This document shows positions 18,543-27,458 of a stretch of DNA of 64,000 nucleotides, piece by piece. The notes below the pieces were generated by a model. The model worked only from the letters and a program-made list of their open reading frames with translations, ran no database searches and was not told where the DNA came from. Source of the stretch: an uncultured Bacillota bacterium (GTDB lineage: Bacteria; Bacillota; Clostridia; Peptostreptococcales; Anaerovoracaceae); contig CASFMJ010000110.1 of the NCBI GenBank assembly GCA_949295785.1, forward strand, positions 1,313-65,312, given 5' to 3'. Both the position numbers and the translations under genes were made by a program. Position 1 is the first letter of the stretch; every line of letters starts with the position of its first letter.

Positions 18543-20135
18543 ATGGACAGGATATATTATAACGGCACAGTTTGTTCACTTGACAGAGAAAACAGACGAT
18601 ATACCGCAATAGGTACAGACAATGGAAAAATAAAATTTCTCGGATCAGATGAAGAAGCATTAACTTATGATGCTGCAGAAAAAATCGATCTGAAAGGCAA
18701 GGTTGTACTGCCCGGCTTTGTAGACTCCCATCTGCACATGCTGAATTATGCGTTTGTGAAAATGTCTTACGGTATGTTTGGTGCTTCGTCTATCAAAGAG
18801 ATAATACATAAAGGCAGATATATTGACCAAAACACGGCAGACCCTGAGCAGTGGATATATGGAAGAGGGTGGAATGAGGAGAACTTTACTGATGAAAAAA
18901 GACCCTTGACCAGATTTGATCTTGATAAAATATCTGTGGAAAGACCTATACTGTTCATACGTGTCTGCGGCCATAAGGCAGCTGTCAATTCCAAGGCCAT
19001 GGCCATAATCATGGGACTTGAGCAGACAAAAGACTATATTGATCAGATAGATGCAGAAAACGGTATACTGACGGAAGCATCCATAAAATTGTGCTATAAT
19101 ATAATGAAAGAACCATCCGTGGAAGAAATCAAAGAAATGATACTTACGGCGCAGAAAGATATAAACGCTGCAGGAATAACAGGTGTAGAGACAGATAATT
19201 TTCTTTCACTTCCGGGAAGAAACAGTGAAAGGATAATGAAAGCATATCGGCAGCTGGAAGAAGAAGGAAAACTTACGTTAAGGATACGTGAACAGGCGTC
19301 TTTTACTGAATTTAGTCATATGAAAGATTTCATTGACAAGGGGTACAGAACCGGCCAGGGGGGAGAGTACTACACTATAGGCCCTGTAAAACTTTATGAG
19401 GATGGATCTCTGGGAGCAAGAACAGCTCTTATGAATGCGCCTTATGTAAATAGCAGTGAACATGGAACGACTGTACACAATCAGGATGAAACCAATAATC
19501 TGGTAGATTATGCATATAAAAACAACATGCAGATACTTATCCACGCAATAGGTGACAGAGCTTCGGATATGGTTTGCGCAGCTTATGAAAAAGCCATAGA
19601 AAAATATGGTATGAAAGATCATCGTCTTGCTGTAAACCACCTTCAGATTGTCAGTGAAAATCTTTTCGACAGAATGAAGAAGTATGGAATACTGGCATAT
19701 ATACAACCTGTGTTTGTAGCATCAGATAAAGAGCTGGTGACAGATCTGGTAGGTGTAGAGGCGGCCGGCCGCTCGTATATGTGGAAGACTATGATAGATA
19801 AAGGTCTTGTATGCTGCGGCGGGTCTGATTCGCCCGTAGAAAGTTTTGATGTGCTGGAGAATATACAGGTTGCGGTTACAAGAGACAAGCCGGGGGAAAA
19901 AACACAAGGCTGGCATCCTGATCAGAAGCTTTCAATCCTTGAGGCAGTCAGACTGTTTACGGTTAACAATGCTTTCTGTGCATTCGCAGAAGAAAGGCGC
20001 GGCACGATTGAGAATGGAAAGGATGCAGATCTTACGGTCCTTGAAAAAGATATATTTGATACAGATCCACATGAAATATCAAAAATAAAAATATGCATGA
20101 CAATAGTGGCGGGAAGAGAGGTCTATAGAGGATAA
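18543..20135 (+). CDS. Metal-dependent amidohydrolase, YtcJ/amidohydrolase-3 family
   Basis: PGFVDSHLH, KLYEDGSLGARTA, IHAIGDRA, GGSDSPV, GKDADL; start ATG 18543 after GAGGAGG. Confidence 0.88.
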   Translation: MDRIYYNGTVCSLDRENRRYTAIGTDNGKIKFLGSDEEALTYDAAEKIDLKGKVVLPGFVDSHLHMLNYAFVKMSYGMFGASSIKEIIHKGRYIDQNTADPEQWIYGRGWNEENFTDEKRPLTRFDLDKISVERPILFIRVCGHKAAVNSKAMAIIMGLEQTKDYIDQIDAENGILTEASIKLCYNIMKEPSVEEIKEMILTAQKDINAAGITGVETDNFLSLPGRNSERIMKAYRQLEEEGKLTLRIREQASFTEFSHMKDFIDKGYRTGQGGEYYTIGPVKLYEDGSLGARTALMNAPYVNSSEHGTTVHNQDETNNLVDYAYKNNMQILIHAIGDRASDMVCAAYEKAIEKYGMKDHRLAVNHLQIVSENLFDRMKKYGILAYIQPVFVASDKELVTDLVGVEAAGRSYMWKTMIDKGLVCCGGSDSPVESFDVLENIQVAVTRDKPGEKTQGWHPDQKLSILEAVRLFTVNNAFCAFAEERRGTIENGKDADLTVLEKDIFDTDPHEISKIKICMTIVAGREVYRG

Positions 20136-20136
20136 A

Positions 20137-21237
20137 ATGAAGAAAAAATTCAGTATAGGAGTTATCCCGGGAGACGGGGTAGGTCCTGAAGTAACAGCAG
20201 AAGGAGTGAGGGCTCTTAAAACTATAGCAGAAGTAGACGGCAGCGTTGATTTTGACTTTACATACTATCCGTGGGGATGCGATTATTATCTGAAAAATGG
20301 GATAATGATGGACGAAGATGGCCTTAAGAAGCTGGCAGTCCATGATGCCATACTTTTAGGGGCCGTAGGCGATCCGAGAGTGCCGGATCATATATCGTTA
20401 TGGAACCTTCTTTTAAAGATAAGAAAAGGTTTTGACCAGTATATAAACCTTCGACCGGTAAAGCTGCTGAAAGGTGCGCCATGTCCCCTTACGCAGACTG
20501 ACAGAAGTCAGATAGATATGATTTTTGTACGCGAAAACAGTGAGGGAGAATATTCCGGTAAAGGAAGATGGACCGGAAAAAACACCGACGGCGAAATGGC
20601 CGTTCAGGAGGATATTTTCACAAGAAAAGGATGCGAAAGAGTAATGCGGTATGCTTACATGCTGGCCCGCGAAAAAGGAAAGTCGCTGACAAGTGTGACA
20701 AAAAGTAATGCTATAAATTATTCTATGGTGTTCTGGGATAAGATATTTAATGAGCTGAAAAAAGAATTTCCCCAGGTAGAAACACATTCCTGCCTGGTAG
20801 ATGCTGCGGCCATGTATATGATAAAAGAACCGGAAAGGTTTCAGGTTGTTGTCACGTCAAATCTTTTTGGGGACATTCTTACGGATCTGGGAGCTGCCAT
20901 AGCGGGAGGAATGGGACTTGCCGCAGGGGCAAATATCAATCCGGAAAAGAAATATCCGTCTATGTTTGAACCTATCCACGGATCTGCACCGGATATCGCA
21001 GGTAAAAATATTGCAGACCCGCTTGCCACAATATGGGCAGTAAGTCAGATGCTTGAACATCTGGGCTTAAGAGATTGGGCCAGATTGCTGATAGATATAA
21101 TAGAAGAAGTACTGTATGAAAAGCAGGCGATTACTCCTGACCTGGGTGGTACCGCTAAAACTTCGGAAACAGGAGAACGGGTAGCTGAAAAAATACGAAT
21201 GAAATTTGCGGGAGGAAAAGAAAATGCCCTTGGCTAA
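20137..21237 (+). CDS. Tartrate/D-malate dehydrogenase (decarboxylating), TtuC/DmlA-like
   Basis: IPGDGVGPEV, PWGCDYY, VPDHISLW, RENSEGEYSG, TKSN..SMVFWD, NLFGDILTDL, MFEPIHGSAPDIAG. Confidence 0.85.
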   Translation: MKKKFSIGVIPGDGVGPEVTAEGVRALKTIAEVDGSVDFDFTYYPWGCDYYLKNGIMMDEDGLKKLAVHDAILLGAVGDPRVPDHISLWNLLLKIRKGFDQYINLRPVKLLKGAPCPLTQTDRSQIDMIFVRENSEGEYSGKGRWTGKNTDGEMAVQEDIFTRKGCERVMRYAYMLAREKGKSLTSVTKSNAINYSMVFWDKIFNELKKEFPQVETHSCLVDAAAMYMIKEPERFQVVVTSNLFGDILTDLGAAIAGGMGLAAGANINPEKKYPSMFEPIHGSAPDIAGKNIADPLATIWAVSQMLEHLGLRDWARLLIDIIEEVLYEKQAITPDLGGTAKTSETGERVAEKIRMKFAGGKENALG

Positions 21238-22630
21238 GTTCGATCTGATCGGCATAATCCTCAATCCGTTTGTTCTCATGTTTGCGACCATAATAACAGG
21301 ACTTTTATTTGGAAAAATAAGGTTCGGAAAATTCAGTTTCGGAAGCTCGGGAGCCTTATTTACCGGACTTATAATAGGGTGGGCCGCATACAGATTTGCA
21401 CAGGTTATATACACGGGTGAGGGCCCGTCAGGAATGGATGCTGCGGTGCAGATAATAGAAGAAAACGGAGGCAAAGTAATAAACTCATATTTCTTTACTA
21501 CTGCACTCATAATTTTTGTAGCTGCTGTAGGACTGCTGGCTGCTAAGGACCTTGGTGTCGTGATAAAGAAATACGGGGTAAGGTTTATAATTCTGGCAAT
21601 GCTCATAACCTTTGTAGGCGCAGGAGCTACATATGCATGCACAGCATTTTGCAAGGATACCAATTCCTATGCAGTGACAGGTGTATATACGGGAGCAATG
21701 ACCAGCTCTCCAGGACTTGCCTCGGCTCTTGAAACGGCCGGAAACCATGCTTCAGAAATATCAGCTCAATATGAGACTCTAAGTGAATCTGAAAAGGAAA
21801 ATATTCTTGATGTGCTGAGGCTTAATGAAAAATATGAGGGTCTTACGGTCGAAAATACAGAAAGTCTTACTGAAGAGATGAGGAAGGATTATATTAATCA
21901 GGCTACAGCCCAGGTAGGAATAGGTTCTGCAGTGGGCTATCCGTTTGGCGTGATAATTGTCATACTTGCAGTAAACTTTCTCAATGTTATTTTTAAGTTT
22001 GATGTTGAAGAAGAGAAAAACAGATATATACAGGACATGCAGGCAGCCAGAAGTGTGGCCGGCAGCAGAACTGTCCCCTCTGAGGGTTTCAGTATCATAT
22101 CATTTGCCATAGTCTGCCTGGCAGGCTATGTTATAGGCTCAGTAAAACTTTATATGGGGCCTCTGGGATATATAAGCCTTGAGGCTACAGGAGGTGTACT
22201 CATAAGCGCACTCGTATTGGGATATATTGGAAAAATCGGCCCGCTCTCGTTCAGGCCTGATCCCGGGATCATGGGAGTGATAAGGGAACTGGCATTGAGC
22301 TTTTTCCTGGCTGTTGTAGGACTTAATTATGGATATGGAGCAGTTGATGCTGTTATAGGTTCAGGACTGGTGCTGGCACTTGTGAGTCTTATCGTGGGAT
22401 TCATTGCGGTAATGGTCGGGTTTATTGTCGGCAGGTATGTTTTTAAATTAAACTGGATAATACTATCAGGTGCCATATGCGGAGGAATGACATCGACCCC
22501 TGGCCTGGGAGCCGCTACCGAGGCCGTCGGAAGTGATGATCCGGGAGCCGGGTATGGAGCTACTTATCCATTTGCCTTGATGGGTATGGTTATTTTTTCT
22601 ATAATACTTAATAAACTGCCGCTTTTGTGA
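21224..22630 (+). CDS. YidE/YbjL (AspT-like) duplication permease
   Basis: Two repeats of the family motif (GVYTGAMTSSPGL and GAICGGMTSTPGL, GYGATYPF); SD GGAGG; overlaps the upstream gene. Confidence 0.8.
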   Translation: MPLAKFDLIGIILNPFVLMFATIITGLLFGKIRFGKFSFGSSGALFTGLIIGWAAYRFAQVIYTGEGPSGMDAAVQIIEENGGKVINSYFFTTALIIFVAAVGLLAAKDLGVVIKKYGVRFIILAMLITFVGAGATYACTAFCKDTNSYAVTGVYTGAMTSSPGLASALETAGNHASEISAQYETLSESEKENILDVLRLNEKYEGLTVENTESLTEEMRKDYINQATAQVGIGSAVGYPFGVIIVILAVNFLNVIFKFDVEEEKNRYIQDMQAARSVAGSRTVPSEGFSIISFAIVCLAGYVIGSVKLYMGPLGYISLEATGGVLISALVLGYIGKIGPLSFRPDPGIMGVIRELALSFFLAVVGLNYGYGAVDAVIGSGLVLALVSLIVGFIAVMVGFIVGRYVFKLNWIILSGAICGGMTSTPGLGAATEAVGSDDPGAGYGATYPFALMGMVIFSIILNKLPLL

Positions 22631-22736
22631 AAGAGATAAAAAAGATATTTTTTGACAAATTCTCATTTAATCATCACTGAAACTACAAAAAACTGCAAGA
22701 ATTCTGCTATGAAATCATTGAAAAATAGCCATTTCT

Positions 22737-22765
22737 TTGACTTTTTGAGCCTCCTGTGGTAAAAT
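22737..22765 (+). promoter_or_regulatory. Sigma-A promoter with extended -10
   Basis: TTGACT-N17-TAAAAT with TG at the extended position. Confidence 0.65.
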
Positions 22766-22793
22766 AATACGGTCACATAGAAAAGGAGGATTT

Positions 22794-23897
22794 ATGGTAG
22801 ATAAACCAAAAGGCAAGACCGAGATCCTTATGGAAAGACTTTTAGGATGGTGCAGTCATCTGGCTGGCAAAGTCGACAAAAAAACTGAAGGGCACAGATG
22901 CGCTGTCAAAAACTTCAGAAAGTGTCATCCTAGGATCTCAAGAACCATTGTGGTTTCAGTCATGACAGTCGTCCTGGGAGCAGTGATTGTGGGATTTACC
23001 GCGCCGAAGACAGTGACGGTAAATATAGATGATACCAGTGGTATAACAACCACCCAATATGAGACGACAAGCATGAGAGTGGACACCTTTTTAGAGAACC
23101 ACCAAATTGACTATGTATATGGACAGGATATAATCGATGTCCAGCTATATGATGTGATTTCCGATGGTATGGAAATAAATATCAGTAAAGCGGTACAGAT
23201 TCCTGTAACAGCTGACGGTAAGACGCAGATAATAACCACTCTGCCCGTGACGGTAGAGGAACTTCTCGACGAGCTTGAAATAGAAGTCGGTGAAGATGAT
23301 ATAGTAGAACCTGCCGAAGATCATGTTTTGCAGAAAGGTGACAAGTTGTTTGTCAGAAGAGTGACTACCGGAGTTGTTGTCGAGGAAGAAGTTACTGATT
23401 TCACTCAAAAATATGTAGCAGACTACAGCATGACCATAGGTAAAAAAGAAGTTGTGCAGGAAGGAACTTCCGGCAAAGTAAAGAACACTTATGATGTTGT
23501 TTATATAGACGGGGTGGAATCAACAAGAACCCTAAAGGAAACTGAAGTCCTTGCAGAAAAGCAAGACAGGATTACAGCCTATGGAATGAATATTTCATCA
23601 GGAATTCCTGAAGGACTGACGTATAAAACAAAAATAAGCGGAGTAAGGGCAGTGTCTTACCACTTCCAAGGTACTCCAAAAGGTGCTTACGGACTGCCGT
23701 GCACATATGGAACATGTGCAGTTGACAAAGATGTTATACCTTTGGGCTCCCTATTGTATATAGAGGGGTATGGATATGCCATAGCTAATGATGTAGGAAG
23801 TGCCATAAAGGGAAACGTTGTGGATCTTTACATGGAAGATTCAAAGCAATGCAGTGCATGGGGTGCAAGAACCGTAAATGTGTATGTAATAAGTTGA
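22794..23897 (+). CDS. YabE-like cell-wall protein (DUF348 repeats, G5, 3D domain)
   Basis: Single N-terminal TM, TVEELLDELEI-type repeats, G5-like VVQEGTSG, 3D motif AVDKDVIPLGS...ANDVGSAIKGNVVDLYM. Confidence 0.85.
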   Translation: MVDKPKGKTEILMERLLGWCSHLAGKVDKKTEGHRCAVKNFRKCHPRISRTIVVSVMTVVLGAVIVGFTAPKTVTVNIDDTSGITTTQYETTSMRVDTFLENHQIDYVYGQDIIDVQLYDVISDGMEINISKAVQIPVTADGKTQIITTLPVTVEELLDELEIEVGEDDIVEPAEDHVLQKGDKLFVRRVTTGVVVEEEVTDFTQKYVADYSMTIGKKEVVQEGTSGKVKNTYDVVYIDGVESTRTLKETEVLAEKQDRITAYGMNISSGIPEGLTYKTKISGVRAVSYHFQGTPKGAYGLPCTYGTCAVDKDVIPLGSLLYIEGYGYAIANDVGSAIKGNVVDLYMEDSKQCSAWGARTVNVYVIS

Positions 23898-23946
23898 TTT
23901 GTGTCTGAGAAAAATTTTTTATAGACTGAAATATATCGCAATGGTT

Positions 23947-23987
23947 AGACCCCTGTCTCCTGATATAAGAGACAGGGGTCTTTATTT
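23947..23987. terminator. Intrinsic terminator
   Basis: AGACCCCTGTCTC-N9-GAGACAGGGGTCT then TTATTT. Confidence 0.8.
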
Positions 23988-24042
23988 AGAAAGATCTTTT
24001 TAATATAACCTGCTTTTAATTAAATAAGATTTTTGTACCTTT

Positions 24043-25269
24043 TCATTTCCTCAGATGTTTTTCTATAAGATCCATAAAAACCGGAATGTATTCTTTCTTG
24101 GGAAATATAGCTCTGGCCAAAGTCTTGTTTCCTCCCCCTCGGCCTTGATAAATTGAAGCATTTTCTTTTACAAGTCTGCCGCAGTCTATTGATCCTGAAG
24201 AACATAGAAACACTGTATTTGTCGGGTTATGAACGAGAAAAGCCAGGACAGGAATGTCCTTTTCCGCCTCACGGCCTATGGACGTCAGATCATCAGGTGA
24301 AAGTATATCATAGTATTTTATAGGGATAACCGATGAAGGATTGCTTTCTATTGCAGATATAAGATCCGCTGCCTCCCTTCTGATTATTTCCTTTTTCAGC
24401 AGATAAAGCTGTGTACGTGCGGTTCTGTTTTTCTCCTGCTGAGAACGGAATTTTTCTGTCACATCATCTTCGCCTGCAGACAGATTTACAGCAAGAGACA
24501 TGAGCGTATCGTAGTGCTGTGAAGCTTTTTGAAAAGCTCTTTTACCTGATTCAAAATAGATACGGAACATGCCTTTATTGGGCTCTACTTTATATATCTT
24601 AATCATGCCAACCTGCCCTGCAGTAGAAGGATGAGTTCCGCAGCATGCAACACAATCTGAGGGCTTATCGGGGGAACCGACACAAACTATTGTAATATCC
24701 TTTTTTATAGTAAGAGCTTTCCTGAGAGGAAGACCCATGGCTTGGCTGCTGTCATCAAAATGCCGGCTTATGACAGGAAGATCCTGCCATATAACTTTGT
24801 TGGCTTCAAGTTCGGCGTGCTTGGCCATCTGCCAGGTTATTTCAGTATAAGACGGATCATTCTCAAGGCTTATGTCAATTGTCATGTAATTGTCACCCAT
24901 ATGAAAACCTCGGTTGACACCACCGAATTCCCGATGGAAAATCCCGCTGAGTATATGTTCTCCACAGTGTCGCTGCATATTATCAAATCTTCGATCCCAG
25001 TCAATTTTTAACGTTACTGTATCGCCTGCTTTGATGTCTTCTCTGCTGCATTTTATATGGTGCCAGATATTGTCATCGCGCTCGTGGACATCATCTACAA
25101 CAAATCCGTCTATAGTTCCTGTATCACAACTCTGTCCTCCGCCTTCAGGAAAGAAAAGAGTACGATCTAAGGTAATAAGAAGACTGTCATCTTTTTCGAT
25201 AACAGAAGAAACTGTGGCCTGCGTCTGACACATATATACATCCTCTTTAAAAAGTCGTATGGTATTCAT
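24043..25269 (-). CDS. Free-standing alanyl-tRNA editing protein (AlaX family, with C-terminal extension)
   Basis: LDRTLFFPEGGGQ, HCGEH and CCGTH zinc motifs, GRGGG at C-terminus. Confidence 0.88.
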   Translation of the reverse strand: MNTIRLFKEDVYMCQTQATVSSVIEKDDSLLITLDRTLFFPEGGGQSCDTGTIDGFVVDDVHERDDNIWHHIKCSREDIKAGDTVTLKIDWDRRFDNMQRHCGEHILSGIFHREFGGVNRGFHMGDNYMTIDISLENDPSYTEITWQMAKHAELEANKVIWQDLPVISRHFDDSSQAMGLPLRKALTIKKDITIVCVGSPDKPSDCVACCGTHPSTAGQVGMIKIYKVEPNKGMFRIYFESGKRAFQKASQHYDTLMSLAVNLSAGEDDVTEKFRSQQEKNRTARTQLYLLKKEIIRREAADLISAIESNPSSVIPIKYYDILSPDDLTSIGREAEKDIPVLAFLVHNPTNTVFLCSSGSIDCGRLVKENASIYQGRGGGNKTLARAIFPKKEYIPVFMDLIEKHLRK

Positions 25270-25515
25270 AAGAAAACTCCTTTTTTTTTGTAATATAATT
25301 ATAGCATACTTTGATAAAGGTTAAAATGAGGCAATAATTTAATAATTCAAATGAGAAAAAAGGCTGCAGATGTGAGTTTTTTAAGCGTTTAAGGTATTTT
25401 TTTCTTACATGCCGCGCTCATTTTATTACAGGCTGCATACAGAATTTGAGATGACATGTGTAATACTGTACAAGCAATTTCACGTATGCTAAAAAGAAGG
25501 AAAGGGGTATCATAC

Positions 25516-26313
25516 ATGAAAAAAAACCTGATAACAGCAGCAATGTTGTTTATTTTGAGCGCTGTATTCTCTACAGCAGTGTTTTCTTATCCACAGGTAC
25601 AAAGGGGAGGGGAGCAGCAATCAGCTCGTTCTGCTGAGGCAAATGCAACAGGGGAAACCGTGATAGTGGTGGATGCAGGTCATGGGGGAGTAGATGCAGG
25701 GGCATCAGCAAAGGACGGAACATCAGAAAAAGATATAAACCTTGCTATTGCGTTAAAGTTAAAAGAAAAGGCCGAAAAATACGGTGTACATGTGGTTATG
25801 ACAAGAGAGGGCGACAGTGAACTCTTAGAGGGATACGACGGGAGCGGTGGAAGAAAGAGATACGATATGGAAAACAGAAAACGTATCATAGAAGAAAACA
25901 ATCCTGTGCTGACTGTTTCCATACATCTTAACAGTTATCCGGCAGATGCATTAATATACGGTGCTCAGGTTTTTTATCCGAATGAAGACAATACAGAAAA
26001 AGAAGTGGAGCATACATCAATATCTTCTGCTGATTTTGCGCGAAGTGTTCAGAATGCCATAGAAAAAGCCATACCTGACGGTGAGGAAAAAGAAGCTGCT
26101 GCCAAAGGAGACATATTTCTTTTCAGGGAAATAAAGAGCCCTATAATATTGGTGGAATGTGGTTTTTTATCCAACTCATCTGAGTGTGAAAAACTTAAAG
26201 ATCCGGAGTATCAGAATAAGATGGCTTCAGCCATATGGGAAGGAATAAATGGAATTTTATGTATTCCTGAAAATGGAAAACCAAGAATAGTTGACAGCGC
26301 GAACAAAGCATAA
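25516..26313 (+). CDS. cwlD: N-acetylmuramoyl-L-alanine amidase, CwlD-like
   Basis: N-terminal hydrophobic anchor, VDAGHGGVD, EKDINL, SIHLNSYP...YGAQVFY, LVECGFLSN; ATG 25516 after AAAGGGG. Confidence 0.7.
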   Translation: MKKNLITAAMLFILSAVFSTAVFSYPQVQRGGEQQSARSAEANATGETVIVVDAGHGGVDAGASAKDGTSEKDINLAIALKLKEKAEKYGVHVVMTREGDSELLEGYDGSGGRKRYDMENRKRIIEENNPVLTVSIHLNSYPADALIYGAQVFYPNEDNTEKEVEHTSISSADFARSVQNAIEKAIPDGEEKEAAAKGDIFLFREIKSPIILVECGFLSNSSECEKLKDPEYQNKMASAIWEGINGILCIPENGKPRIVDSANKA

Positions 26314-26507
26314 TTATCAACAAAAAAATCTGTGGATAACTTTCTGTTGACAAATTGGGGATGACGCTATATACATTGAAAAAAAGCCAATATTGCAATT
26401 TTGAGTTTTCCACAGGTACCTAAGGATAAAATTGTATACGATTTATGGCAAGGCTGTGGATAAAAGCTGAAAACATTGGAAAATAAAGAAGATTTTGATG
26501 TTGAAAA
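26314..26507. promoter_or_regulatory. Cluster of DnaA boxes
   Basis: Perfect TGTGGATAA at 26331 and 26455; one-mismatch TTATCAACA 26314 and TTTTCCACA 26406; two-mismatch copies at 26345, 26421 and 26499. Confidence 0.75.
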
Positions 26508-26615
26508 ATGTTTGCGTATATGCGAACAACGGTTGACATAATACGACAAAATGTTACAATATATTTAAATTGATTTTGTAAATAGAAAGTTGTTAAAAAA
26601 GAGGGAGGTAAAAAA

Positions 26616-27323
26616 ATGATGTATCCGTATAACTCTTATAGCTACAGTTATGGCTATGGCAATAATGGGGCAACCAGTCTAGTCATCATACTTTTGGTAG
26701 CGGTGATACTTGCGATTGTTTTAAATTTTACGTTTTTGTCAAAAAAGAATGAAGGAAAATATAAGGGCGCATTAGGTAAAATATACAATTTTTTGTGTTT
26801 TAATAAATTTTATGTTGAAGAAATATTTAAACTTATATATATCATCACAGCAGTGGTAATAACTGTAATAGGACTCATCATGTTGTTCAATTTCAATTTC
26901 ATAGTGGGTTTACTTATCATTATAATAGCAAATGTGCTTCTACGCATAACTTACGAGCTGATAATGATGTTTATAATATTGTGCAGAAAGACGGTTTCCA
27001 TAGACAAAAGGCTTGATAAAATTTCGAAATTCTACAGCGATGATTTTGACAGCGGTTTAAATGAAAGCGACAGGAATCGTTGCTGTGTCGAAGAGTGTTT
27101 CCAATGTGACGGTAAAGTTGACGACATAGCTGAAGAAGGATGCAATAACTGTTGCACGGAAACTCCTGAAACTTGTGAGGAATCTTGTGATGTGACAGAA
27201 GAAAATCAGGAAGGAAAACCTGAGACAGGATTTGAAGTTACAAATGAAGAGGATTTTGAAGAAAAAACAGAAGCAGATACCGAAGACAAAAATGATCCTC
27301 CTATCAATACGTCAGACAGATAA
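26616..27323 (+). CDS. Membrane protein of unknown function with Cys-rich and acidic C-terminal tail
   Basis: Strong SD GGGAGGT; about three hydrophobic segments ending LLRITYEL; upstream TTGACA-N16-TACAAT; terminator downstream. Confidence 0.75.
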   Translation: MMYPYNSYSYSYGYGNNGATSLVIILLVAVILAIVLNFTFLSKKNEGKYKGALGKIYNFLCFNKFYVEEIFKLIYIITAVVITVIGLIMLFNFNFIVGLLIIIIANVLLRITYELIMMFIILCRKTVSIDKRLDKISKFYSDDFDSGLNESDRNRCCVEECFQCDGKVDDIAEEGCNNCCTETPETCEESCDVTEENQEGKPETGFEVTNEEDFEEKTEADTEDKNDPPINTSDR

Positions 27324-27345
27324 TTAAATATCCATGGTAAACTGT

Positions 27346-27376
27346 AACCCGCAGTATATGCAGACTGCGGGTTTTT
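27346..27376 (+). terminator. Intrinsic terminator
   Basis: AACCCGCAGT-N8-ACTGCGGGTT then TTT. Confidence 0.75.
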
Positions 27377-27458
27377 GTATATCTGCATATTTTAAAACTT
27401 ATTTTAATTACATAAACAAGGATAAATAGATAAAGATAAGTAAAGAATACACAATGAG

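Noticed and set aside
20137..21237. leuB or icd
   Set aside because: Motifs PWGCDYY, PDHISLW and SMVFWD fit the tartrate/D-malate dehydrogenase branch, and no leuCD genes are nearby
25405..25445. Sigma-E promoter for the CwlD-like gene (CATACAGA)
   Set aside because: No -35 element at acceptable spacing
26314..26600. Calling the DnaA-box cluster oriC
   Set aside because: No dnaA/dnaN context, no DnaA-trio run seen, and gene orientation does not switch across it
27410..27447. Short GATAA repeats upstream of the Trk/Ktr gene
   Set aside because: Low-complexity AT-rich sequence with irregular spacing; not a CRISPR or iteron array, and no c-di-AMP riboswitch motif recognised
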